Assembly (NCBI RefSeq): GCF_009914755.1
Contig: NC_060933.1
Source of the DNA: the human T2T-CHM13v2.0 reference genome, Homo sapiens
Reading direction: 5' to 3' (one strand)
DNA length: 64,000 nt
The notes beneath the pieces were generated by a model. That model ran no database searches. It was not told the DNA's origin and saw nothing but the letters and a program-made list of their open reading frames with translations. The position numbers were made by a program, and so were the translations under genes. Numbering within the stretch: the stretch's first letter is position 1; each line of letters starts with the position of its first letter. Of this stretch, positions 15,936 to 30,739 are shown piece by piece.

Positions 15936-17400
15936 AGCCTGGGCGACAGAGGGAAACTCCATCTCAAAACAACAAAAACAAAAAGAAATGAGAATGGTGA
16001 TTCTTTAGGCCTGGGGATAGTGGTGGGAGAATGGGGAGTGAGAGCCAGTGGGTGTGGCACATCTTTTAGTAGGGACAACACTGTTCTAAATCTAGATTGT
16101 GGATATGCTTGTACAACCTCGTGAAAATACTAAAAACATTAAACACTTTAATTGGGTGAGCTGTATGTTATGTCAATTATGTCTCAGTCAAGTTTAAAAA
16201 AAATATAAAGTTACCACAATTAAGAGTTTGGTACTGACAAAATAATGAAGAAAGCAATGAAACAGTAAGGAGTTCAAAAATGGCTATCAGTATGTATGAG
16301 AATTTAGTATATGATAATGTTTGTATGCCAAATCAATGTTTAGAGATAGATTATCTCACAAATAGTTTTTAGACAACTTGTTATATTATAATGATAAGTA
16401 ATATTACTAAAATTTACTAAACAAATTTTAGATTGATCAAAGAGCCATAAAAGAAGAAAATGAAAAAGCACTGGAAGAAAAATGGAATTGTTTTGTCATC
16501 TTGGAGTAAAAGGAAAATATGACATAAAAATCAGAAGTCCTAAAGCATACTATTGATTTGCACACTTGATCACTTGAAAAATATAATTTTGTTTTAAGAA
16601 TATATTATAGTCAGATGGCAAATAGAAATGAGAAAAAATGATTTGCAACATGTAACAAAAAGAGATTGCTTTTATAATTTATGGAGCGCTTTTATAAACC
16701 ACTAAGGAAGAAATGAATGATATAATATAAAAATGGGCACATGATATGAACAGGCAATGCACAGAAAAAAATACAGATGGCTAGTGAACATGAAAGGATG
16801 CTAATCTTAATTAAAATGAAGTAAATGCACATTAAATAAGTTGATAATGCCTACTATTGGATAGATATTGGCAAATGGATGCTCATACCGTTCATGGTAG
16901 TGTACATTGGTATAACTGATTAGAGAGTAATTTGTTAACAATTGTCTGAAAACAGTGTGTTTCCTTTTGCCTCATTAAATCTATTTCTAGGAATTTATTG
17001 AGTAGATATACTTAACGTACATGCAAAATATAAAAAGAACATATGTAAGATTGTATATTGTAGTGTCGTCACTAATAGCAAAAAAAACTGCCAGAAACCT
17101 AAAAAATATTAACAGTAGGGGGGACTGGTTAAGTTAATTTATGGTACATCTGACCAATGGAGTACTATACAGCTAAAAAAGTTTCTGACGTGGAGAGATG
17201 TGAAACATACTATGAGTGGAAAAGAAAGTAATATAATAGTATGTATTTTATGATCCTATTTGAATTAAAAAATTATAGATAGATATTTCCTATAATTATA
17301 AAACACATTGTGAATAAAACTTACCTGTGAGAATTGAATTACCTTTTATTTTTCTCTATTTGTTTTTTTTTACTCTGAGCATAATATACTCAAAGAATTT
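15936..17400 (+). mobile_element. Alu 3' fragment (15936-15985), L1M 3' end (to ~16205) and an older degenerate L1M fragment
   Basis: cagcctgggcgacagagggaaactccatctc followed by L1 3'UTR-like sequence, then degenerate ORF2/3'UTR-like sequence. Confidence 0.6.
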
Positions 17401-17445
17401 AATAGAATATTTAAATATTTAATGATTAAAAATACCTGTAAATAT

Positions 17446-17451
<6 letters not shown>

Positions 17452-17492
<41 letters not shown>
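17452..17492. repeat. (TA)20 microsatellite
   Basis: Read directly. Confidence 0.97.
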
Positions 17493-17501
<9 letters not shown>

Positions 17502-17604
17502 AACTTGGTGCTTTATAAATACTGTGTTTTTTAAGGTAGACTTTGATTGCCATTAGCAAGAATATATTTTATTTAGACTTATTTATGTTGTATTGTATTT
17601 ACCT

Positions 17605-17894
17605 TATTTTATTTTTGAGGCAAGGTCTTGCTCTTTCGCCCAGGCCGGAGTGCAGTGGCACAATGATGCTCACTGCAGCTTTGACTTTTCGGACTCAAGC
17701 AATCTTCCCACCTCAACCTGCTGAGTAACTGGGACCTACAGGCATGTGCCACCATGGCTGTCTGGTTTTTCATTTTTTTGTAGAGATGGGATCTCACTAT
17801 GTTGCCCAGGCTCACCTTGAACTCCTGGGCTTGATCCTCTTGCCTTGGCCTCCCAAAGTGCTGGGATTACAAGAGTGAGCCATTGCACCCAGCC
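17605..17894 (-). mobile_element. Alu (AluJ-like)
   Basis: Alu reverse complement. Confidence 0.9.
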
Positions 17895-18014
17895 TTTCAC
17901 TGACCTGTGAGTCTGTGCTTTGCTAATTTCCAGAAGTCTCTATCTGGACTTCTTGAGTATTTTATAACACAGCAACAACTTGCATGTATATCTGCTATGG
18001 AAAAGTGATTTTTT

Positions 18015-18299
18015 GGTCAGGTGTGGTGGCTCACGCCTGTAATCTCAACGCTTTGGGAGACCAAGGTGGGTGGATCACTTGAGGCCAGGAGTTCGAGACC
18101 AGCTTGGCCAATATGGTGAAACCCTGTCTCTACCAAAAACACAAAAATTAGCTGGGCATGGGCACACACCTGTAGTCTCAGCTCTCAGGAGGCTGAGGCA
18201 TGAGAATCACTTGAACCCAGGTGGTGGAGGTTGCACTGAGCCGAGATTGTTCTACAACCTGGATGATGGAGCAAGACTCTGTCTCTTCAAAAAAAAAAA
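18015..18299 (+). mobile_element. Alu (AluS-like)
   Basis: Dimer with A-tail; TSD approximately aagt(g/c)attttt. Confidence 0.9.
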
Positions 18300-18349
18300 G
18301 ACAAGTCATTTTTTGTTTGTTGGCTTATTTACTTTTTACTCTTTTTTAA

Positions 18350-19173
<824 letters not shown>

Positions 19174-19329
19174 TTAAACATACTGTCAACCCACTTCCCT
19201 TTTTGTTTTTAGCTGAACAAGATAACTTAGATATGTTTTCATTGATGAAGGGCATCCTCCTAAAGTCTGTGTGGATGAATCCTAATTGATTTTTCTGTTG
19301 ATAACATGCTATAATTAACTAAACTACTT

Positions 19330-20960
19330 AACACTTATTTTAGAAACTAGGTGTTGCCTAGGGGAAACACTGGGGATACACTGGTGAGGACAAAAAAAAA
19401 AAACAGACATTTACTCCCTTCATGGAGCTTAAATTCTATGAGATGGGCACATTAATAAAAGACCAACTCAAATAAAAGTGAATCATAATTGTGATAAGTG
19501 CTGAGATGAATGTGATAGAGAGTTGATATAGTCAGGGAGGTAAAGAACAGTTTTTCTGGGGAAGTGATAGTTGAGCTGACATGTAAACAAACATCAATTA
19601 ATTTTACATATTTTAAGGATGTAAGTTTGTCTTATAATATCTATTCTTCCATTTTTTCTGTATCTATAAACATACCTTTAACATCAATCTTTAAATGTGC
19701 TTAAGTTTCTCATATATTAAATAAAAACAAAACTCTTCTCTGACCCTTCCCTCCTTTCCAACTACTGCCCTTTATCTCACCTTCCTTCTTACCAAGAGAG
19801 TTGTCTAAACTTCCTGTTTCTATTTACTCATCTCTCACTCAAGAAAAAAAATTCAGGCTTACTCCTTCTTTAACCTATTCCAGTCTGTGTTATAATTATT
19901 ATAACACAGTGAAACATCTCACCAAGGTCACCAATGACTTCCAAACCCAGGAGACACTTTTTAGTCTCCATTTTGCTTCAATTGGCATGATTGACAACTC
20001 TCTTACTGAACTTCTTGAAATGTTCCCACATCTTGTATCCCCTTCTGTTTTTCTTCTTCTTTTTTTAGTTTTGTTTGCTGACTTCTTTTCTAACTATTAA
20101 ATTGCTGGAGTTCCATAAGACTTGTCCTAGGCTCTTTTCATTTCCCATCAAACACTTTAAGGCAAGTTTCAGACAGTATCTGTAGATGATTCCCAAACCT
20201 ATACCTGACCCTGCTTCTAAGATTTACACCAATTATATTCAGCCACCTCCCATATTTTTCTACTTTATTTGTCATTTGTTCATTCACATATATTTATTTG
20301 GGACCTGTTATTTGACAGGCATTGTGCTGGTGTAGAGTGTCTTAGGTATCTCTAGTGGAATATGATTAAAATAGAATTCATGATTGATACCTCCTGCCAA
20401 AAAGAAGCAAGCAAGTAAACAAACAAAAATAGCCAAAACGAGACCCTCTCTACCATCATTATTCTGATTCAACTACTGAAATCCACCCAGTTCATCTAAC
20501 TTAAATCTTGGGATCAGTCTCAACTCTTCTTTTTCTGCGTACTTCCCTTATCCTCATCCAATCCAATCCAGTTCAATCCAGTCCAATCAGTGTGGTCTAA
20601 CCCAATGCAATTTTACTAAAGTCTGGCCATTCTACCATCTTAGTCTCTGTCCAGTGCTTCCATTCCCTACCCCTTCTTCCCCTTTCACTGTCAATACCCT
20701 AGACCAAACTACTGTCACTTGACTGCTGCAGTAACTTCAAATTGGTCTTAACTGTCTTCACTTTTGACTGCCATCTGGCAACTTGCCATATGACTGTAGT
20801 CATGATTTTTTAAGTGTTCCATAATTCCTCTGTCTCAGTTTTCTTGTCTCTAAAATTGGGATAATAATAGCCTTTCCATCATAGGGTTATTGTGAGGATA
20901 AAATGAATTACTATATATAAAACACTTAGAATAGTGCCAGGCACTAACTCCTCAGTAAAT
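19330..20960. mobile_element. Ancient L2 and MIR fragments, including a degenerate (TCCAA)n tract at ~20555-20610
   Basis: L2-like wording (ctcaccaaggtcaccaatgacttcc) and MIR core (tctcagttttcttgtctctaaaattgggataataatag...gttattgtgaggataaaatga). Confidence 0.65.
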
Positions 20961-21149
20961 TGTTAATAAGACCTTGTACAGTGTTACATTAAGCCAAGTA
21001 AAAGGTATGATTAAGAGAGAAAGATGGTTTATTAATAATATATTTGAATGGAATCATTATCTTGTTTATACTTGTGTTATATATGTTCACACTAAAAATA
21101 TGCAGCTCTTATAATACGTGACCTTATGTGTAATTTTTTTCTTAATTAA

Positions 21150-21257
<108 letters not shown>

Positions 21258-22899
21258 TAGTTGAAGGTATAAAATGACAGATGCATCTGTCAATGTTCCA
21301 AAGTCACTACATTTTGGGAATTCTGCAGATGCCTCTTATAGTCCCTCATCTCAACATGTTTTGATTTGATGACATGATAAGAGCAGTTCTCACAGCAGTC
21401 AGTTGGCCTAGCTGGCTGAGAAAGGGTGACGGAATATGGACCTGCTGTTGTCGTCCCAGAACTTGATTTACAAGTGTTGGGGTGTGTGTGATTGGACAGA
21501 CAAGGGCTCACTTGCTGTGTTCTGAATCCAACTGAGAAAAAAGTCCTTACAGTATACCTGCAAGGGGAACAGATGTTTCGATCAAACTGAGCCAAATTCT
21601 GAGGCAACCTTCAGCAACTTAAAGGTCATGCATTTAAAAGGTTATGTAGGACACAGGCTGTAGCATAGCGCATGTTCTATACTTTCCAAGCCGGTTTTCT
21701 AAGCTGGTTTTCATTTCCTACTACCATATACATATACTGTCCAGATAAGAATGCTTAGGTAGAATATTTTAGTTGTAGTTATTAGCCCACTTCATATGAT
21801 ATAGAGCTATAAAATTATATATTAATTAGGTAGACATATTTTGAGAACTAGCAAAAGCAATGGCTGGCTAATGAATTCTGTTCACTATTTCTACTTTCTT
21901 AGTGTTTTGTGTTTATGTTATTATGTGTGCTATAGTAGCTTTGACATAAATACTTTTCTACCTCAGTTTTCTTTTGCCCTGCTTTCAGCCCTGAATTATT
22001 TGGTGGTCTTCTAACACAATTCTATTCTTCAAAAGGCACATAAAATTAAATTTCTCACTCTTAAAAATTGAGAAATTTAAGAAAACATTTTTAAAAGGAA
22101 TCTAACAGCAATTTGGCAAATAAGTTCTTTAGAGAGCTCTTAAGTTCAGGAAATTTTTGTCCTTGAAAACTTGGAAGGACCTCATCAAGGTTCATATTTT
22201 ACCTTGTGGATCTGTAGATTTCTCAGTTGGTAAGCTATTAGAAATGTAGTGTGCTTTGCTATTGTCTATGTTTTAAGTCTCTGTGTTTTTAGCTTTTATG
22301 AAATTAATGTGTAACTATCTTTGTTTTTATGTAAACTTTTCCCAAAAGCATTACTGTATCATAATCATAATTTGTTATCATGGACAAATCAAAAGATATA
22401 AAAGTGTCATAAAAGTAGGTACAGGTATCCAGTTTCAATTATATTTGTTACAGCTTTGGAGGAGAAAATTTTCCTTTGCACTGGTACTTTTTTATTATTG
22501 AGATGTATCAGTGGTGTTTAATGGTGTTAGGATCTTTAAAAATTGTTAAATATTGTCGCAGTATAGCATATGCCTCAATATTATTTTAAATATTTCTTCA
22601 GAGTTGAATTAGAAAAGCTAAGAATAATGTGGTCATGTCTCGTTTGAGTTTTAAAGTAAAATAGTTGGTAACAAAGCAACTCAGAAGTTATTACTAAGCC
22701 TACAGAATTTTCTATTAAAATTTTAATTTTTATTCTTTTATTAACCATCCTTTTTTATCTTTATCTTCCTAATTTTCTGTATAGATGCATACTTTGTGTA
22801 TTCCAGGGAATGTGTTCCTGCGAAAGGACTGTGCACTGAATTAGTGATTTTTGGATTGTTACAGAGTGGTAACATGTTTCCATTTTGTGCTGATTTTTC

Positions 22900-23372
22900 T
22901 CTCCTTTACACCCTTCTCCCCTTGCTGATCCATTCTCCTCTGTTCTGTTTTGCTGTGTGCCTTGGGAGGCTGCCTTCTGTGGATCTGGGCTCCTTTACCT
23001 TCTGGCTTCTGGTTAGGTTTGGACAGTAGGTGCACCCACAGGAGATTAAGGGAATGACAGAATAAAGCAGTCGAAGTGTTTATTTCCTCTGCTTCCTCTG
23101 CTCCACTGCATTTTTGGCAGTGGCTTCATTTTTCAGCAGCCACAGTGCCTGTTGGGTGGGCCCTCTTTCATGGCTGTGGCTCTTGTTAGACTATGGTGAC
23201 ATTCTCTCCACTTGACCTTTTAAGCTAAGACATAATATTAGTTTTCTACTCTTGCTTGCTTTTGGTGCCTCATCATACCTTTTGGGATCTGTTAACCTGT
23301 ACACATTTCTGTAGTCTCGTCATTAAACTATCTTGCTGATGACCTCTTCTGAGTATTTAATTTACATCCTGA
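22900..23372 (+). mobile_element. Degenerate ERVL-type solo LTR (LTR33-like)
   Basis: By-eye similarity (ctctggcttctggttaggtttgg...caggagatt...cattaaact); family uncertain. Confidence 0.5.
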
Positions 23373-24156
23373 TTGATTTACATAACTCCTTGGGATCTGG
23401 TTTCATTCCTCCTATTGGCTTGCATAAAACAGCTCTGTGCCTTTATAATGGACTCTGTTTCTGCTCAGATTGGGTTTTTGTTACATAAGCAAAAAAGTGA
23501 GTCACGAGTTTTTCGGCTTCCCAGTATGTTTGAATGTTATGTTTATACTATAGTGTAGTCCATTAAGTTGTGAGAGCATTATGTCAAAAAATCCACATAC
23601 CTTAATTAAAAAATACATTATTGCCAAAAAATGCTGATGATCATCTGAGCCTTCAGTGAGTCATAACCTTTTTGCTGGTGGAGAGTCTTGCCTTGATGTT
23701 GATGGCTGCTGACTCATCAGGGTGGTGGTGGCTGAAGGTTGGGTTAGCTGTGGCAATTTCTTTTTTGTTACCTAAAAAATGGATACAGAATAATTTTACA
23801 TACTTTCATACACATTTATGGGGTGCATGTGATATTTTGATACATGCATGAAATATGTGTAATCATCAAATCAGGGTATTTAAGATACCAGTCACCTTGA
23901 ACATTTAGCATTTCTTTCTATTGGGAACATTTCAAATCTTCTGGCTATTTTGAAATATAAAACGTATTGTTGTTAACTGTAGTCACCCTACTGTGCTATT
24001 GAACTCTAGAACTTATTTCTTCTAACTATATGTTTATACCCATTAATCTACCTCTCTTCAATACCATCCTCCACACTGCCACTAGTAACCACCATTCTAC
24101 TCTCTACCTCTGTGAGATCTGCTTTTTTAGCTCTCATGTGTGAGTAAGAACATAAG

Positions 24157-24547
<391 letters not shown>

Positions 24548-24933
24548 TCATTCTTTTTTATGGCTGGATAGTATTCCATTATGTGTCTGTATGTGCGTGT
24601 ATATGTATGTATATACACACACACATCATATACTCTTTCTTTTATTTTTTTAGAGACAGTGTGTTGCTGTGTTGCTCAGGATAGCCTAGAATTCCTGGGC
24701 TCAAACAATCCTCCTGCCTCAGCCTCCTAAATAGCTAGGACTTTAGGTATGGTAGCATCTGGCTTATACCACATTTTCTTTATCCATTTATCCATTGCTA
24801 GACACTTAGGTTGATTCTATATCTTGGTTATTGTGAATAATACTCTAGTTTATATGACAGTGCAGGTATCCCTTTGATATACTGATTTTCTTTCCTTTGG
24901 ATAAATATCTGTAGTGGGATTGCTGGATCATAT

Positions 24934-26520
24934 TGTGTCCGGAATTGGTGGTTACTTGGTCTCACTGACTTCAAGAATGAAGCCGTGGACCCTTGTGGTG
25001 AGCGTTACAGTTCTTGAAGGCAGCGTGTCCAGAGTTTGTTCCTTCTGATGTTCAGATGTGTTCGGAGTTTCTTCCTTCTGGTGGGTTCTTGGTCTCGCTG
25101 GTTCAGGAGTGAAGCTGCGGACCCTCGTGGTGAGTGTTACAGGTCTTAAGGTGGCGCGTCTGGAGTTGTTCGTTCCTCCCGGTGGGCTCGTGGGCTCGCT
25201 GGCTCAGGAGTGAAGCTGCAGACCTTCGCGGTGAGTGTTACAGCTCATAAAAGCAGTGTGGACCCAAAGAGTGAGCAGTAGCAAGATTTATTGCAAAGAG
25301 TGAAAGAACAAAGCTTCCACAGTGTGGAAGGGGACCCGAGCGGGTTGCCACTGCTGGCTTGGGCAGCCTCTTTTTATTCTCTTATCTGGCCCCACCCACG
25401 TCCTGCTGATTGGTAGAGCCAAGTGGTCTGTTTTGACAGGGCACTGATTGGTGCGTTTACTATCCCTGAGCTAGACACAAAGGTTCTCCACGTCCCCACC
25501 AGATTAGTTAGGTACAGAGTGTCGACACAAAGGTTCTCCAAGGCCCCACCAGAGTAGCTAGATACAGAGTGTCGATTGGTGAATTCACAAACACTGAGCT
25601 AGACACGGGGTACTGATTGGTGTGTTTACAAACCTTGAGCTAGATACAGAGTGCCGATTGGTGTATTTACAATCCCTGAGCTAGACATAAAGGTTCTCCA
25701 AGGTCCCACCAGAGTAGCCAGATACAGAGTGACGATTGGTGCATTTACAAACCCTGAGCTAGACACAGGGTGCTGATTGGTGTGTTTACACACCTTGAGC
25801 TAGATACAGAGTGCCGATTGGTGTATTTATATTCCCTGAGCTAGACATAAAGATTCTCCACGTCCCCACCAGACTCAGGAGCCCAACTGGCTTCACCCAG
25901 TGGATCCCGCACCTGGGCTGCAGGTGGAGCTGCCTGCCAGTCCCGTGCCGTGTGACCGCACTCCTCAGCCCTTGGGTGGTCGATGGGACTGGGTGCCGTG
26001 GAGCAGGGGGCAGTGCTCATCAGGGAGGCTCCGGTGCACAGGAGCCCATGGAGGGGGTGGGAGGCAGGCATGGCGGGCTGCAGGTGCTGAGCCCTGCCCC
26101 ACGGGAAGGCAGCTAAGGCCCGGTGAGAAATCGAGCACAGCGCCGGTGGGCTGGCACTGCTGGGGGACCCAGTACACCCTCTGCAGCCGCTGGCCCGGGT
26201 GCTAAGCCCCTCATTGCCCGGGGCTGGCAGGGCCGGCCGGCTGCTCTGAGTGTGGGGCCCGCCAAGCCCACGCCCACCCGGAACTCCAGCTGGCCTGCAA
26301 GCGCTGCGCGCAGCCCCGGTTCCCACTCACGCCTCTCCCTCCACACCTCCCTGCAAGCTGAGGGAGTGGGCTGCGGCCTTGGCCAGCCCAGAAAGGGGCT
26401 CCCACAGTGCAGCGGTGGGCTGAAGGGCTCCTTAAGTGCCGCCAAGGTTCGAGCCCAGGCAGAGGAGGCGCCGAGAGCAAGCGAGGGCTGTGAGGACTGC
26501 CAGCACGCTGTCACCTCTCA
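24934..26520 (-). mobile_element. LTR12C-type (ERV9) solo LTR, full length 1587 bp
   Basis: Minus strand starts TGAGAGGTGACAGCGTGCTGGCAG and ends CCAATTCCGGACACA; 4-bp TSD ATAT (24930-24933, 26521-26524); removing it restores L1 sequence ggattgctggatcatatggtag. Confidence 0.95.
25340..25870 (-). promoter_or_regulatory. LTR12 U3 enhancer/promoter: ~40-bp tandem units with 8 CCAAT boxes, GATA motifs and an AATAAAA TATA-like box
   Basis: ATTGG at 25409, 25447, 25575, 25616, 25657, 25735, 25776, 25817; minus-strand CAGATAAGAGAATAAAAAG at ~25370-25388. Activity not shown. Confidence 0.7.
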
Positions 26521-27491
26521 ATATGGTAGCTTTATTTTTAGTTTTCTTTTATTTATTTTTTTTATTTTGTATTTTTTTTTTAACGAGTTAGACTCTTGGG
26601 ATGTTGCCCAGGCTAGTCTTAAACTCTTGGTCTCAAGCAATCCTCCCACTTCATCCTCCTGAGTAGCTGGGACTGCAGGTGCATGCCACCATGCCTGGCT
26701 TATTTTTAGATTTTTTGAGAAATCTCCATACTATTTTCATAATAGCTGTACTAATTTACATTCCCACCAACAATGTATAAGAGTTCTCTTTTATCCACAT
26801 CTTCCCCATTATTAGTTTTTTTTTTTGTCTTTTTGCTACTAGCCATTCTAACTGTGGTGAGATGATATCTCATTGTGCTTTTGATTTGCGTTTCCCTAAT
26901 TTATGATTTGAGCATTTTAAAATATACTCATTGGCCATTAGTATGTCTTCTTTTGAGAAATGTCTACTTATGTCCTTTGCGTGCTTTTTATTGGGATCGT
27001 TTGGGTGTTTTTTTGCTGTTGAGTTGTTTGAGTTCCTTGTGTATTCTGGATATTAGTCCCTTGTTTGATGAATAGTTTGTAAATATTTTCTCCCATTCTA
27101 CAGGTTGTCTCTTCACTCTGTTGATTGTTTCCTTTGCTGGGCAGAAGCTATGTAGTTTAATATAGTCCCTTTGGTTTATTTTTGTTTTTGTTGCCTGTGC
27201 TTTTGAGGTTTTAGCCATAAAATCTTTGCCTAGATCAGTGTCCTGAAGGATTTCTCATATGTTTTTTCTAGTAGTTTTGTAGTTTCAGGTCTTATGTTTG
27301 AGTCTTTACTCCATTTTTAGTTGATTTTTTAATACAGGAAGAGGGGTCTACTTTCATTCTTCTACATATGGATATAATTTCTTAAGATGACAGTGATGAA
27401 GTTTGCTCCGTCAGTTGACTCTTATTTTCATGAAAGAATTCTCTGTACCATGCCATGCTATTTGATACCATTTTACCCTCAGTACAATTCC

Positions 27492-27590
27492 ATTTTTTTT
27501 TTTTTTTTTTTTGAGACAGAGTATCGCACTGTTGTCCGGGCTGGAGTGCAGTGGCACGATCTTGGCTCACTGCAACCTCCGCCTCTCCGG
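27492..27590 (-). mobile_element. Severely 5'-truncated Alu in Tigger1
   Basis: Poly(T) plus ~80 nt of Alu 3' end; TSD agtacaatt at 27481 and 27591. Confidence 0.88.
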
Positions 27591-28817
27591 AGTACAATTT
27601 CTTTTAAAATTAAGGTCAATTGTCTCAGACTCTGCTGCTGGTTTATCAACTACATTTATGTAATATCCTAAATCCTTTATTGTCATTTTATAAGGAACTC
27701 CTCAAAGTCATCCACGAGGATTGGAATCAACTTCTTCCAAATTCCTGTGACATATTGACTTACTCCCATGTATCACAAGTGTTTCTAATGGCACCTGGAA
27801 TGGTGAATTCTTTGCAGAAGTTGTCAATATAATTTGCCCAGATCCATCAGAGGAATCACCATCTATGGCAGCTATAGCCTTATGAAATGTATTTATTAAA
27901 TGATAAGACTTGAAAGTAAAAATTACTTCTTGATCCATGGGCTACAGAATGGATGTTGTGTTACCAGGCTTGAAAACAACATTAATCTCCTTATACATCT
28001 CAGAGCTCTTGGGTGACCAAGTACATTGTCAATGAACAATAATGTTTTGAAAGGAATCTTTTTGTGAGTAGTAAGTCTCAACAGTGGGCTTAAAATATTC
28101 AGTTAAACATTCTGTAAAGAGATGAGCTGTCATCCGTATGAGCTGTTCCAACTTGTCATCCAAGTTGAAGCCAGTGCTCATTTACCATTCAAAAATCCTG
28201 TGGCCCTTAAGAATTATGCTTTATCAACTCTGCCTGTGCCCTGGTAGCTGGTAATGTAGCTTGTCAGTTTAAGTTGAAGCCAATGCTCATTTACCATTCA
28301 AAAAATCCTAGGGCCCTTAAGAATTATTCTATATCTACTCTCCCTCTGCTCTATAAATGCTCTATAAATGCATAGGCAGAGTAGATAAAGCATAATTCTT
28401 AAGGGCCCTAGGATTTTTTCAATGGCAAATGAGCATTGGCTTCAACTTAAAGTCACAAGCCACATTAGCCCCTAACAAGAGAGTCAGCCTGTCTTTGAAG
28501 CCTTAAAGCCAGGCATTGACTTCTCCCCTCTAGCTGTAAAAGTCCTAGGTGACATTTTGCAACAAAAGACTGTTTAGTCTTCACTGAAAATCTGTTGTTT
28601 AGTGTAGCTACCTGCATCGGTGATTTTAGCTAGATCTGCGGATAACTTGCTACAGCTTCTACATCAGCATTTGCTGTTTGGCCTTACACTTTTGTGTTAT
28701 GCAGAAGGCTTTTTTCCTTGAACTTCATAAACCAATCTCTCCTAGCTTTCACCTTTTCTTCTGCAGCTTCCTCACCTCTCTCAGCCTTCATCAAATTAAA
28801 GAGAGTTAGGGCCTTGG

Positions 28818-29136
<319 letters not shown>

Positions 29137-29289
29137 TAGGCTTTGGCTTAAGAGAATGTTGTGGCTGGTTTGATCTGCGCAGACCATTACAACATTCTCC
29201 ATATAGGTAATAAGGCTGGTTGTCTTTCTTATCATTCATGTGTTCACTGGAGTAGCACGAATGTGAACTAGAAACCTTCTAGAAAGGCG

Positions 29290-29749
29290 AATCCTTGTTT
29301 ATATCCATTAATATATCTCTCTTCATTACCACCCCACCACCAGCCTCTGATAACCACCATTCTTCTCTCTACCTCCATGAGATCAATTTTTTTTTAGCTC
29401 TCATGTATGAGTGAAAACATGTAGTATTTGTCTTTCTGTGCCAGGCTTATTTCACTTAACATAATGTCCTCCAGTTTCATCCATGTTGCCACAAATGACA
29501 GGATTCTTTTTCTATGGGTGAGTGATATTTCAATGTGTATATATCCCACTTAAAATATCCCTTTATCCATTGATGGACACTTATGTGGATTCTGTATTTG
29601 GCTATTGTGAATAGCACTGCAGTTAACATGGGATTGAAGATATCTCTGTGAGACACTGATTTCATTTCTTTTGGATACATACTCAGCAGTGGGATTGCTG
29701 GATCATATGCTAGTTCTATTTTTAGTTTTTTGAGAAACCTCCATACTAG
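29290..29749 (-). mobile_element. L1MA-type internal fragment
   Basis: WRFLKKLKIELAYDPAIPLL (ORF2 C-terminus) plus part of the 3'UTR. Confidence 0.85.
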
Positions 29750-30159
29750 AGCATACAACATTTATTGGTTAAGTTCACCATCTTCTATGGGCATGGTTTG
29801 TGGTGTCCCAAAACAATTACAATAATAACATTAAAGATCACTGATCATAGATCACCATAATATATATAGTAATCATGAAAAACTTTGAAATACTGCAAGA
29901 ATTACCAAAATATGACATGGAGACACAAAGAGAGCACATGCTGTTGGAAACATGATGCCAATAGACTTGCTCAAGGTAGGTTGCCACAAACCTGCAGTTT
30001 GTAAAAATCGCAATACCTGTGAAGCACTGTAGAATGAAATGCAATAAAACAAGGTATGTTAGGATATCTTTGAGGGAAAAATCTACTTTAAATAGTGACA
30101 TTTGTGTGTATTTGTTTGTAGCACATTGTTAGAATTTGTAACAAAATTAATTCATTAAT

Positions 30160-30278
30160 CAAGTGCTAGGTGTGCACATATGGTCCCAGCTACTCCCGAG
30201 GCTGAAGGAAGAGGATTACTTGAGCCTAGGAGTTCAAGTCCAGACTGGGCAACATAATGAGATCCCATCTTTAACAAA
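30160..30278 (+). mobile_element. Alu monomer (FAM/FLAM-like)
   Basis: Degenerate single monomer. Confidence 0.7.
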
Positions 30279-30739
30279 TGAATAAGTAAATAATTAATTC
30301 TGTTATCTTGGGAAGAATTTTCCAGAGATCTTCTCTTTTTTAGCTACGGCAAGAAGGCAGTGGCGCTTTACCTCCTTTTTGTCTCTTGACATACCTTTCA
30401 GTTTAATACATGCTTTGTATCTAACCTCTATTTCAGGAAAAGTCATCCATGGTAGAAATTTATAGGGACAGTAGCAAAATTGTTTTTTGGGCTTGCTTTT
30501 CAAAATGAAATGAATGAAAACTATTTTCTTGAATTAATCTTAACTTAGAGCTGGCAGAAATTCTCAGATTTTCAATTCTCTGTCTCCTTCAGATTTTGTA
30601 GTTTTCTACATTAAGAAACTTTCCGATGCACATGTCCCACCAGCTTATATTCAGGTAGCAGATAAGTGAAATTTCAGTAAGTCCAAGATGTTCCAGAAGT
30701 TATTTACCGAGAGGATTTAACTTGATCTCCTCACCTGTG

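Noticed and set aside
25440-25870. Regularly spaced ~40-bp repeats resembling a CRISPR array
   Set aside because: No unique spacers or cas genes; these are the tandem U3 enhancer units of LTR12/ERV9.
25811-26662. Overlapping 70-179 aa ORFs on both strands
   Set aside because: By-product of GC-rich, stop-poor LTR12 sequence; no protein-like features.
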